From assembly GCA_015680685.1 (NCBI GenBank), contig MNCI01003240.1:971832-1035831 (forward strand): a stretch of DNA of 64,000 nucleotides. The letters are read 5' to 3'. How positions within the stretch are numbered: the first letter of the stretch is position 1; every line of letters begins with the position of its first letter. Below are positions 1-11,599 of this stretch, one piece after another. The position numbers and the translations under genes are program-made. A model generated the notes under the pieces. It was not told the DNA's origin. It saw nothing but the letters and a program-made list of their open reading frames with translations, and did no database searches. The stretch comes from Gnetum montanum (lineage: Eukaryota; Plantae; Gnetophyta).

Positions 1-497
1 GCCCATCTCGGCTTGTCTACGCTGACTGTTCAAGCTACGCTGAAGAGAACAACTGTCTACGCTGGTGCCTAAAGCCAATACTCCGCGTCTACGCTAGGGT
101 CACTCTTCGGCGTCTACGTTGGGGTTTAAGTGCTAAGCATCTACGCTAGGGTTTGTCTTTGGTGTCTACGCTGGGTGCGATCATCTATGCTTATGCTTTC
201 ACAGTTTACGCTGCTGCTTACGCTTTGTCGCTTTCAAAGTAAAGAAAATGGACCCCCCCTCCTGTTTATATAGCGTTCCGCCGATGCTGACGCTGATGCC
301 GCCGTTACGCTTTTTTTGCCTTTTTTTTCCTTTCTTTCGCCTTTTTCCTTATTTTTCGACTAAAAAAAATAATAAAAATAAAAATGTATATAATGAAACT
401 AATGAACATTATTAGAAATAGAGATTGCTATGCCTTGGTTCCTCCATGGACCCCATTTTACATGTTTACTCTGAACGTTCTAGTTTAAACCACCTAT

Positions 498-567
498 GGC
501 CCGGTACGGCCTTAAACTACCATTTCCCCATCCAACTTATGGCCTGAAAAGGCCTTAAACTACCACC
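498..567 (+). repeat. Two hairpin/pseudoknot motif units (GGCC-N6-GGCC-TTAAACTACC)
   Basis: GGCC C GGTA C GGCC TTAAAC TACC at 498-521; second unit at 541-564. Confidence 0.75.
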
Positions 568-698
568 TTTTCACATTATTTTCTATTCACTTGTGCATTT
601 CAATTCATGTTTTTTGCAGTGGCTATTTAACATTGTTTTCTCTAGTTGCTTTTGTTTACAGGATCGTACGGATGCACATGCCTACATCCACCCTGACA

Positions 699-1435
699 GT
701 CCTGGAATCATGACTATAAACTGATACCACAGCAAGTCCTGGAATCATGACTATAAACTAATACCACAGTAAGTTTTGGGATCATGACGGTAAACTGATA
801 CCACAGCTCGTCCTGGAATCATGACTATAAACTGATACCACAGCAAGTCCTGGAATCATGACTATAAACTGATACCACAGCAAGTCCTGGAATCATGACT
901 ATAAACTGATACCACAGTAAGTTCTGGGATCATGACGGTAAACTGATACCACAGCTCGTCCTGGAATCATGACTATAAACTGATACCACAGCAAGTCCTG
1001 GAATCATGACTATAAACTGATACCACAGAACAATCCTGGGTTATGACTTAAAACTGCCACCACACTCGTCCTGGGATCATGATGGTAAACTGATACCACA
1101 GCTCGTCCTGGGATCATGATGGTAAACTGATATCACAGAACAGTCCTGGGTTACAATTCAAAACTGACATCACAACTATCCTATCATCATGACAATAAAC
1201 TGATATACCACAGTGTCCACAATGATCATAAACTAGCACTCGCCTAGCATGACAGTACACTACTATCATCACAACCATCGGAGTCCGCTAAGACTATAAA
1301 CTAGCTTGCCTCCTCATAGTCTGCTAAGACTAAAAATTGGCAATGTAACGTCCACCACGACGCTAAACAGGCAATGTCCAACGGGTTATGACATAAAACT
1401 AACCCATGATAGTCCACCTAGACTATAAACTGGCA
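699..1435 (+). repeat. 37-bp tandem array decaying into diverged units of the TAAAC pseudoknot motif
   Basis: Unit GTCCTGGAATCATGACTATAAACTGATACCACAGCAA starts at 699, 736, 773, 810, 847, 884, 921, 958 and 995; diverged units continue to ~1435. Confidence 0.95.
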
Positions 1436-2419
1436 AGTTTGTCTCTGGTTCATCAATCTGCCGCCGCATCTAAGCTTCATCACTGCATCACCCATCATCA
1501 ATCCTATCGACGTTGTTACTGCCGACATACAGTCTGCCGCCGTGTAAGTCTAAGCTCGATCATTCATTCATGGTTTTCTTGTCTCCTCGGAGTTATGTTT
1601 GTAGGATGACACCCAGAGGTTTTCGCACAGGGATGCATCTTAGCGCAAGCGACAAGATGATACAATGTTCACAGCACACATGGTGAAACTAAATCAAACC
1701 ATTCACTAGTACATCCCCGTTCACCGACTCATTCCCTATCTGTTCACAAATGCATTTTATCCAATCATACCTTTGATACATCCAGTACACCCAACATCTT
1801 TAACATGTTGTCACGTATTGTCACACATGAGTACAAAATCAATGCCGAGTTTATAGTTTCTAAAAAAAAAAAAAACGAGACTCCTGGCACTTCCCATATA
1901 AGCCTCAGGTGGGAGGGCAGTTGTCTCAAAACTAAGTACTCATGTCTCAAACGATCAAGAAGCAGATAGTTACATGGCTCTGGCTCTCCGCCAACAGGTC
2001 CCCCTAAACTTTAAACACAGGCCCTGTTCCTCCAAAGCATGTAACACAACTCCTCGTAGCTTTGGTCTTGCCAACAAGTGCTCTTGAACACTAACTAGGA
2101 GCCTTGTCCTGCCAAAGGACACTCATCGCATGTCTGAACTCTGAGTATGCTAAACAATGGCTATTGACAAGGACCAGCATGCCGCACACCCAAGCACCCC
2201 ATCTCCCAACATACTTTCTTAGGGAGTCGCCCCTCCCCATAATCTCTCTTCTCCTATCAGCTGCAAATTTCCCTTTCCCACGTACTACTGAACACGGTGC
2301 GATGACATCTAGTCAAGTGGCAAAGAACAAAGTCTATATCAAGTTGCTTGTGGTGTTTTGCACTTCTTTGTCGATGCTTCTCGGGTCGATTCCTCCAAGC
2401 GTCAACAAAGAGGGGCCAA

Positions 2420-3670
2420 TGAAACACCACAAAATTTTAAGTTTAGTGCTTCCTCAGCAAGAAGCAGGTCCCTGGGATCCACAAATAGCCACGGCTACAT
2501 CTGGTGTCGCACATTGCAACTTTTGGAATCAAAAGGCCCATTTTTCGCTAAGTGCAGTACCAGTGTATACGCCCAGTGTATACGCTCGATAGTACTAGCG
2601 TATATGCCCAACGTATATGCTCAACATCAACAGTGTATACACATCCAATGTATATGCTCGACATTCATAGTGTATATGCCCAGCAAACATCCGACTTGCG
2701 CGCCCAATGTACATGCCTCGTCTGTACGCTCGGCACCACAGATGCACATGCCCGACGATGAAGTCTCAATGACAGAATGGAGACAATACCGAAGAGCAAG
2801 AATTGAAGCAAGTTGGTAGCCGTCAGCGTATATTCTTGGCGTATACGCCCAGCCTTTGTCGGTGTGCATGCCCAACGTCCATAGCGTCTCCACCCAAGTT
2901 CACATGCCCGTCACATCTAGCGTATACGTCCAGCGTGTACACCGGTATGATGTGGCGTATACGCCCCGCGTATACATTCGGCAGATGTAATATGTTGTAA
3001 ATTTGTAAATTGTATGCACCCGGTCAACGCGCCACGTGTCTCCTAACCCGAGTCTAGCGTAACAACCGGTATAAAAATCCCACTTTTCCACTTTATCCAG
3101 ACGGTTGGCAAAAATCCCAGAGCATACCCAGGAGCAATTCGCTGCACACCAGAGCTCAAAACCCTCTTACGCTGGAAAAGCTGTACGTCATGCACAGTCT
3201 CTATGCCACGCCCACAACGTAATCCAGCCCAGCCGCCCTCCCATCCATCGGGGCTTTTCGTCCGCCTTGTGCTTTGCCACAACTGTGTTAGACCGGTGCA
3301 CTGTATTCTCATTCTGTAATATCATTGTTCCATTTGCTGCATAAGATTGTTTACAGTTTACAGTTTTACGTCAATTTGGCCCACGCATTCTGTTTACGCT
3401 CGTTTACGCTTACGCTCTGTTTGCATCTGTTTTACGCTGTTTACACTTTTTCTTACACCCGTTTACGCCGTTTATGTACAACCCAGCATATAGCACTTTT
3501 GCATACGTGTGGGTAAATCCTTGTCTGATCCGTGTGTAGACCACCCAAGGTACTCTGCCTTCGTGCATTCCAGCTTGCCCTTAGGTGAAGGTAGGGTCTT
3601 CTGTTCTCGTCCTGTGATCCTACGGTCTTTGTTTCCTTCCAGCCGAAGATTGACAATTTCAGGCGGTACA
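2420..3670 (+). repeat. 3' LTR of element X
   Basis: Starts TGAAACACCAC directly after the PPT (2406-2419) and ends ...GGCGGTACA. The last ~200 bp align by eye with the LTR ends at 7500-7680, 11600-11800 (rc) and 28915-29110 (rc). Confidence 0.85.
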
Positions 3671-4750
3671 AGTAGAATTGATGGCCAAACAATTGTAGAA
3701 CAGGTTCACGAAGGACTGTGCGGAGGGCATATAGCACCCATAGCAATGGCGAAAAAAATTAGATGTTTAGGTTATTACTGGCCACACATGGAGTATGATT
3801 GCTTCTCCAGGGTCAAGAAATGCAACATTTTCCAAAGGCACGGTAACCTAATACATGTACCACCTAATGAGTTGCATATTGCACAAATCACATGGCCATT
3901 CAAAAAATGGGGATTAGACATCATTGGCCCGATAACACCACCATCTTTGGCAGGACATAGCTTCATCATCACTGCGATCAAATACTTCAAAAAATGGGTA
4001 GAAGCTATTCCCCTTAGGAAAACCACGTCCAAACATGTCTGCAACTTCATATTAGAAAACATCGTAACCCACTTTGGTATCCCAATGACCAAAGTCACTG
4101 ATAATGAGCCACAGTTTAGTAGTATGGATACTAAAAGCTTCTGCGAAAGCCTAGGTATTAAACACTCATTTTCATCACCTTATTACCCACAGAGCAATGG
4201 CCAAGCGAAATCTATGAATAAAATGATCATCATGGTGCTCAAGAAAATGCTGAATCAGAGCAAGAGACGATGGCACAAGCAGTTAATCTATGCACTATGG
4301 GCATACTGAACAATGCATCGAACGTCCATAGGTAAAACACCATATAGCCTAGTATACGGATCTGAAGCTGTGTTACCTTTGGAGTTACAGGTTCCCTCGC
4401 TACGGATCACTCTCTCTAGTCTCCTCGATGAAAGCCAGAACAATGAGCTACGCATCGTTGATCTTGACTTGGTGGCGGAAGAAAGGGTACGAGCACTTGA
4501 TCAAATCGAATGATACTAGAGGCAGCAATGACGATGTCATCAACATAATCCACATAAGAAGCTGATCAAGGAAGGTGACCTAGTTCTCAAGGTAGTTCAT
4601 GAACACTCGGATAAATTCTCAGCCAACTGGGAAGGACCTTACTTAATCAATAAAGCCTATGACAATGGGGCATTTAAGCTCGTCGACATGGATAGAAATG
4701 AATTGGCCAATCCTACGAATCACATGTACATGAAACCATTCTACGTATAA
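3671..4750 (+). pseudogene. pol: Gypsy integrase (HHCC zinc finger, catalytic core, GPY/F module) with in-frame stops
   Basis: VHEGLCGGH...GYYWP...WGLDIIGP...KWVEA...YYPQSNGQA...TPYSLVYG...NWEGPY; ends TAA at 4748-4750. Confidence 0.95.
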
Positions 4751-4769
4751 TGATCCCAAGGTATGTCAT

Positions 4770-5080
4770 GGTCCTGGCATCACGACTTAAAACTGATACC
4801 ATAGAAAAGTCTCGGAGCTATGACTTAAAACTAGCACCGCAGAACATCCTGGCGTCATGACGGTAAACTGACATCACAGATATCTATCCAACATGACACT
4901 AAACTACCACACTCATTCACTAGAATTCACTAAGACTAAAAACTAGCTAGCCTCTTCATAGTCTGCCACGACTATAAACTAGCATTGCACAGTTCGTTAC
5001 GATGATAAACTGGCACTGTCCAAAGGGTTATGACATGAAACTAACCCACAATAGTCCGCTAAGACTATAAACTACCAGCA
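4770..5080 (+). repeat. Array of ~9 diverged TAAAC pseudoknot-motif units downstream of the Y integrase
   Basis: Recurring GTC...GAC-(T/A)AAACT(A/G) every 30-40 bp, e.g. TGTCCAAAGGGTTATGACATGAAACTAACCC. Confidence 0.85.
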
Positions 5081-6186
5081 TCATCAATAACCTGGTGTCA
5101 TTTGAAAGGCATGCTGCTACAATCGGCTGTACATGCTCACCAAGAACCTACCACCTTATTTGTCACATAGATTGGGATGAATCTAATGCTGTTCAAAATT
5201 GTGTTTGCCTCGAAACTCCACATGATGGCTCCATTACATCGGCTATGTTTAAAGTGCTAAGCTAACTGAATCATTTGTGTTTTCTTGCTTCCTTGGAGTG
5301 GTGTTTGCAGGATGACACATGTGAGATGCTTGTGCATAGATACATTCCATTATGATGACAAAGTATCACATTCTTGCAGACACTCCTAACCGGGTTAATC
5401 AATCTATTCATAAGTACATTTCCAACTCCTAACTTGTTCCCCATTCCTCATCATGATCTTTTTACCCTACTTAATTATAGTCCCTTGATACAAAATCCAT
5501 CCCAAAAATCTTGATGCACTATTGCACACTATGATTCTCGAAGCATTTGCAACACAAAACACAATGCACAACACATGATACAAACACAAAGTGCATGAGC
5601 AAGAAAAAAAGAGGAAAAACAAAAGGAAAAAAAAAGGTTAAACAACAAGATACATAGAAAAGGTCTCCATGACCCCATGGACATCATAGACCAAAGATCA
5701 TTGGCTCTTCTCATATAAGCCCCAGGCGAGAAGACAATTTTCTTAGGAAAACACTCATGCCACTAATGATCATGTTGCACATCATCGCGTGGCTTTGGCT
5801 ATTTACAACGGGCCCCCCTTCAACATAACACAAGGGTTCTATTTCTCCAAAGAATGCACCTCCAGTGTCTTGGTTCTAAGTCTGCTGAAAACTCGGTTAT
5901 TGACAAAGACCAATGACATGATTTGCTCACTCAAGAGCACTCCTCTCCCACAATTATGGCAACACTTATAACCTATGATCATCTTTTGATTTCCTCGGTC
6001 ACAACCGATTCCCTTCTTTTCCTAAACTACACTTTCCTCAACCCAATGTACTTTTGAGCATGGTGCGATAACATCCAGCTAGGGGCCAATGGACAATGCT
6101 TGGTACTTGGTTGATCATGGTGTTTTGTACTTCTTTGTTGATACCTCTCGGGTAGACTCCTCCAGACGTCAACAAAGAGGGACCAA

Positions 6187-7680
6187 TGAAACACCATAAA
6201 ATTTTGGCCTAACACTTTCAAACAAAATTCAAGCCAAGTCATGCTGTTCCCTAGATGAGTATGGCATGACCAAACTTGAGAGTCTCCAAAAAGGCATGAA
6301 ATGACATTCAACGGAGCAGGAAAGGCCCCCCGGGGCCCACAGGAAACTGCACCAGCTTTCAGCATCCAAAATCAAAGGTTTTAGGCTCAAAATACTTGGT
6401 CTTTGCTGGGTACACTTTGGTTACATTTTCTTGCACTGCACAACGTAAGACTCAGGATCACCAACTTTTGGAGCCCCACAATTGAGCCAAAATAGGCCAA
6501 AATTGAGCACAAGGACCCCCATGACCTCCACTAATGGTTTCCCTAGGTTCCCAACCCTTAGAATCTTGATTTTGGGCTCAAAAATGCACTGTTTTCACTG
6601 GTTATGCTCAACTCACGCCCAGCTCACACTTGGCTTAATTACGCTCAACTCATGCCCAGGTCACGCTGGAGTCACTCCGATAGTGTGAGCCTAGCATGAG
6701 CTACCAAAAGTGACCTAGAACATTTCAGACGCACGTCAAAGACATGCTAGGGCAAGATCAACTCATGCTAACAACCTCGATGAAATAAAAAACATCTCGA
6801 ATAGCCATAGAACCACTCAAATCAAGGTCATGCAGTAGTCGATTTGAGAGACAATCAAAGTTCAAGCGATCCGAAGTCAAATTTTAAATTCATTATTAAT
6901 GTTCATTGTAAGATTCACAATTTGTGAATTTTCCAAGCTCTTACACTACGTCCATGAGCGTAAGCTAGCTTGCGTTGTAAGATAGGGTGCACCCGATCTA
7001 GAACGTAATTGCCCATGTACACCTGTCACATGATCCATTTTCCTTGCATCTCATAGTTGCCAATCTCATTCATTCCTACGCCCAGAACAAATAGATAAAT
7101 AACCTATTCATTAACATAAATGGGGGTTTGGTTGGCAAAAATTTGGAAGTAGAAAACAAGCAATCTTGAGCCTAGACGCATGTGACTCCCAGCGCTTGTA
7201 AACACCTCGCATCGGGGCTTGACATTTGACTTGCAAGGCAACCGCGTTTTGACCGGTGCACATCTCATAGATTAATACAACATTGTTCATTATTTGCCAT
7301 CCATTATCCTATTCTGATTTATTTTTCTACATTTTCCATTCTATTGCATCTTCTGCGTACATTCTGTTTTACGTTTACGTTCATTACACTCATTACATTT
7401 CATTATGCTCATTACATTTCATTACGTTTCATTATGCTCAGTTACTTTTCCTTGAGTTACACCATTTTCTCTGTTTCATGTTTCGTGATGATAACCCTAG
7501 CACATGCAACAGCATATGCTCAGGGAAGTCCTTTTTTGACCTGAGCGTAGACCATCCAAGGCACTCTGCCTTCGTTTTTCCAGGTTGCGCTCATGCAAAG
7601 GCAAGGTCGTCTGTATCCCTCCGAAGATCTTTTGGTGTTTGTTTCCTTCCAACTTTACGTCGATGATTTTGAATAGTATA
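6187..7680 (+). repeat. 3' LTR of element Y
   Basis: PPT CAAAGAGGGACCAA then TGAAACACCA; ends GAATAGTATA (terminal CA decayed to TA); homologous to the B LTRs. Confidence 0.85.
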
Positions 7681-8700
7681 GTAGTCATCACCACCTCACT
7701 CGAAAGGGTCTGACCTCAAATTTGAAATTGTTTCTCCTTGGGAAATTTGTCTCTTAGGACGAATGGAAGAGGAGAAGGGCAGTAAACAAAAGGAAGGTGG
7801 ACAAGATCGTTTAAGCGCTCTTATTTAGGTCAAGCAGGCTCTAAAACAAAAGAACACAACGTTGAGCCTGTATGACTTGATAATGACTTCCACCACACAC
7901 CGTGAGGCTCTATTTCACATGTTAACAGCAATACCAGTTGATGAGAACATGCTAGTAGAAGAGAAAGTAATTCACTCAGTCATGCTTCCTTCTACGCCTG
8001 AAGAACCGCAACCACCCAAATTGACATTTTGTGATGAATCCATTAGGGAAGACCCTGAAAAGGGTTAGGTGACTACAACACCTCTATTCATCACAATTTA
8101 GGTTGGCCAACATAAGATCTGAAGAGTACACATTGATGACAAGGCTGCAATGAATGTCATCCCATTCCCCATTGTGGATAAACTAGGTTTGGTAGACCAA
8201 ATCAAACCCATGACAAAATCATGTTTGAAGTCATTCAATAGGGCACGGGTCATGGTGAAAGGCACTGTCCACATTGACTTGGTGGTAGAGACCAGTTTCC
8301 CATAAATGCAATGTTTATCATGGTGGAAGAGATGCCCGAGTTTAACCTGATCCTAGGGAGGTCATGGTTAGCCCAGCTTAGGGCCCATCTCTTCATCCAT
8401 ACATTAGGAAATCCATCTACCCTACGTAGGCAAGGAGGTGGTGATCCACGGTGATGAGGTGGCAACCCAGGCAATAAACAACATAGATATGGAGTAGGGT
8501 TCAGAGGTCATAACCTCTGAGAACGAGGCACCTATTTTTATCGACACTAATTGTTTGATGAAAGAGTCGATCCAAAATGTTGGCTCAGAAAATGAAACTA
8601 CATGGGCCGAGTTGCCTTTTTAGGTGGAAGACGACAATGTAGAAGAACACCACAATAAAGCCTCTCGGCCTTACGCATCACCAAATCCATGATGGGTTAG
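7681..8700 (+). pseudogene. gag: Gag C-terminus and aspartic protease of element C, with stops
   Basis: SLYDLIMTSTTHREAL...RVHIDDKAAMNVIP...FNLILGRSWL; homologous to ORFs 25307..25837 and 25073..25270. Confidence 0.8.
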
Positions 8701-8875
8701 AAAGTAGTTGCGAGAATGATTGTTACTTGTATAGCGTAGCAACTCCACTACTTCCTACTCGATTAACGTTCGTTATACATTTATATCTCATTTCCTTCAC
8801 ATTCATTCATCTATGCCAAGTTCCTAAATTATTTTTTAAAGCCATTCACATATCCTCCATTTACATCACCCCACA

Positions 8876-9242
8876 GCCCACTAAGGCCTAAAACTAGCAA
8901 AACTTTCTTTTTTTTCTTTTCTCCATCGTCCCATGACTTGAAAAGGCTGAAAACTACACACGGCTCGCTATGGCCTAAAATTGGTGAAATTTTTTCATCG
9001 TCCCATAGCCCGAAATGGCCTAAAACTACAGGGCCTGCTAAGGCCTAAAATTGGCAAAATTCTTTATCCTACGTCTCCATGATGGCCCGAAATGGCCTAA
9101 AACTAGCGATGGCCTGGAATGGCCTTAAACTACTACTGTGGCCCGCCAAGGCCTAAAACTGGCTATTCAAATAAATAAATAAATAAATAAAAATTATTTC
9201 TCCCATCACTTGACAATGGCCCAAAATGGCCTAAAACTAAGA
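8876..9242 (+). repeat. Array of GGCC-loop-GGCC-TAAAACT units downstream of C gag-PR
   Basis: About 9 units, e.g. GGCC C GCCA A GGCC TAAAAC TGGC at 9140-9163. Confidence 0.85.
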
Positions 9243-9377
9243 CAAACAAACATAAAAATAGATAACATAGATACAAAAAAAAAAATCTTGTCATACTTCA
9301 TCTTCCATTTAAAGTCTTAATCAAATAATGTTTACAATATTCTTTTAAAAATGCAAATAGAATCCCTTGCTCTCATC

Positions 9378-11594
9378 CTACAAATCTTCCTCTGCATCAT
9401 CTTCTTCTACACCATCGTTCCTGCCCTCAGAGGGCCTTGTATCTTCATTCGGATTTTGTATTACAAAAATTAAAGTAGTTAGCTAGAGTCACAGTAAAAG
9501 CTAGAATAAAATAAATTGTTGCATCACAAAAAGTAACTAACCCGAGACAACCTCACGTCTGTCTTAGGGGGTATGCGATCCAAGCTAGTCCCGAGGCATT
9601 TCCAAACCTCCTCTTCAGTAATATCCACCCAGTGCCTATCTCCTAAGTCAACGTTTGTTGCAACTTTCTCGTTTTCAACAGCCATCCATCTCGGTGGCCC
9701 TAGAGAATAGGAGGTAGTGGCGATCCCACCTGTGGGGAAACTCACTTCCCGTTTAGGGTATTTACTAACTGTCACTTGTTGCATGAACTTGTTGTAAGCC
9801 CCAGAAGCACCAATGACATCCAAAAATACTTCATGAGTATACAACTTAACAAAAGCATCCCAGTACTATTTACGATAGGTGGCATGTTCCAATTTATACA
9901 TATGTTTATGGTTTTTCTGTGACTGCCCCCACTCATAAACTCTTGTGCTATAATCTTTCCAATCTTGGTTCTTCTAGGCCAACAAGTTCATTTCCATACA
10001 ATGTTCTATTATTTCACGTGTGGCCTCGTTGTTGTGCTACACGGTCATCCAATATCTCACATAATCAATGACAGTCATGCACCAACTACCATCATTGGTA
10101 TTCTGGGCCAAAAGGAACTCATTCCTGGAGTAGAGGTCTCCCACTTCAGTGGTTACAGTTGCCTTCTCCTTCTCAAGCTTTTGGACCCATTTCCATAGGT
10201 CTTCATTTACACGCCTACACTCCCACAAGGAGCATGCTAAGTACAGCGCACATTCACTAGCGTCGTCGTATATGCAACAAGGTACTTCAGTTACTTTTGG
10301 TGGAAATGTAGGCATGGCGTCAACCTTAACTACTTGCTTGGGAACTGACTTAAGGTGAGAGGCTATCAACTACACAAAAAGACATTAGTCATAGTGGTGT
10401 AGCGAAGTTTAGCGTAGCTACTTCACTCACCCACTTTTAGATCGATCTGCTTTAGATGATCGATCATTTCATCGACCACTCCCTGCATGAAGGGAAACTT
10501 ATCAGGGGTATTGACCCATGGTCACAGGTGGATCGAAGAAGGTCTTGCAGTGTTAATAGTGGTGTTTGCTACATGAAAAAATGTGTTAGTTATGATTGAG
10601 AGGACTACAATAAAGCTAATGAGCAATGCAAATGACAGTGTAAAGCTCCTACCCAACAAACCCTTAGGGGTCATAGCGGGCACCCGGGGGGGGGGGGGGG
10701 GGGGGGGGGNNNNNNNNNNNNNNNNNNNNNNNNNNNNNNNNNNNNNNNNNNNNNNNNNNNNNNNNNNNNNNNNNNNNNNNNNNNNNNNNNNNNNAGCACC
10801 CTCTGTGTTCATTTGCTCCTTCGGCATTGAACTGCATTCAGCGAAGGGATCATCAGTAGAGGCCTCCTTTTGGTGGACAAGGGCCTCTTCTTATTCACTG
10901 GGGCCCTTCTTTCTATGGCACCCACCTCTTCATTATCAGTAGGAGTGTCCTCCTTGTCTGCAGGAGCATTCTCCTCATTGGCAAGAGCCCTTTCCTTTGC
11001 AGCAGGAGCTCCTTCTTTCTTGACTGGGGTCCTTTCTTCTATGGCTGGGGCCCCCACATCTTTATTGGTCGTCCTTGTCCCAGGTGTCATCACTTGTTCT
11101 TCACCCTCTTCTTCTTCTTCTTCCTTTTTTAATAAATCATGATTGCATTAGGCAAAAGTATACTAACTTAAAATAGATGCTACGCTGTGCTACGCTACCT
11201 AGCATAGCACAACGTAGCAAGAATTAACCAAACAAATAAGGCAAAAAACACAATGAGGAAGCACTTACCAATGGAATGTTGCAGTCTGTGAAGCTTGAAC
11301 TATAGTTTCTACCCCCCTTTTTTGTTCATACGAGGAGGCTTCTCAACTGGATGAGACCTTTTCTGCTACAACTTGGTGGCCACCGTCTCTGCCATGGAAG
11401 TTGCATGCCACCCGATCCCTAGTCATCATTGAAAATGATTCCCCAATAGCTTCTGGGGGATCTTGGGATTGGGTGGTATGGAAGACTTGGCAAATCCATA
11501 GTTTAGAAATCTGGTTACGATTTTTTATCACCCAGACTTCATTCTCATGGACCAACAAGAATTCCATGAAGCACCATAGATAGGCTATAAAGAA
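9378..11594 (-). pseudogene. 3' half of the multi-exon antisense accessory gene of element C (coiled coil, acidic tail)
   Basis: ORFs 11343..11567, 10037..10369 and 9524..9844 match B ORFs at 21959..22495, 23409..23627 and 23740-24000; GT-AG intron signals near 11268 and at 10370-10430. Confidence 0.75.
10686..10794. other. Poly-G run and assembly gap (N)
   Basis: G homopolymer directly followed by an N run. Confidence 0.95.
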
Positions 11595-11599
11595 GGCAT

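Larger units (their letters stand above)
1..3670 (+). mobile_element. 3' part of Tat-group gypsy element X (apparently pol-less), inserted into the integrase of element Y
   Basis: 3' UTR resembles those of Y, B and C; PPT CAAAGAGGGGCCAA is followed by an LTR TG...CA; integrase codons resume immediately at 3671. Confidence 0.8.
3671..7680 (+). mobile_element. 3' part of Tat-group gypsy element Y (same family as B), inserted into the gag of element C
   Basis: Integrase, 3' UTR closely similar to the reverse complement of 13340-14860, PPT and LTR; gag codons of C resume at 7681. Confidence 0.85.

Noticed and set aside
699-1435. CRISPR-like array (37-bp period)
   Set aside because: Units are contiguous without unique spacers, there are no cas genes, and the context is a eukaryotic retrotransposon.
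3509-4309. 266-aa ORF as a novel integrase fusion
   Set aside because: The first ~54 codons are X LTR sequence read by chance in frame across the insertion junction at 3670/3671.
9078-9165. Hammerhead ribozyme/retrozyme look-alike (ATGATGGCCCGAAATGGCCTAAAAC)
   Set aside because: It lacks the invariant CUGANGA and GAAA core (TAAAAC instead), and no stems I/III are evident.
10522-10942. Poly-Pro/poly-Gly ORFs
   Set aside because: They arise from a G homopolymer beside an N gap and are unreliable.
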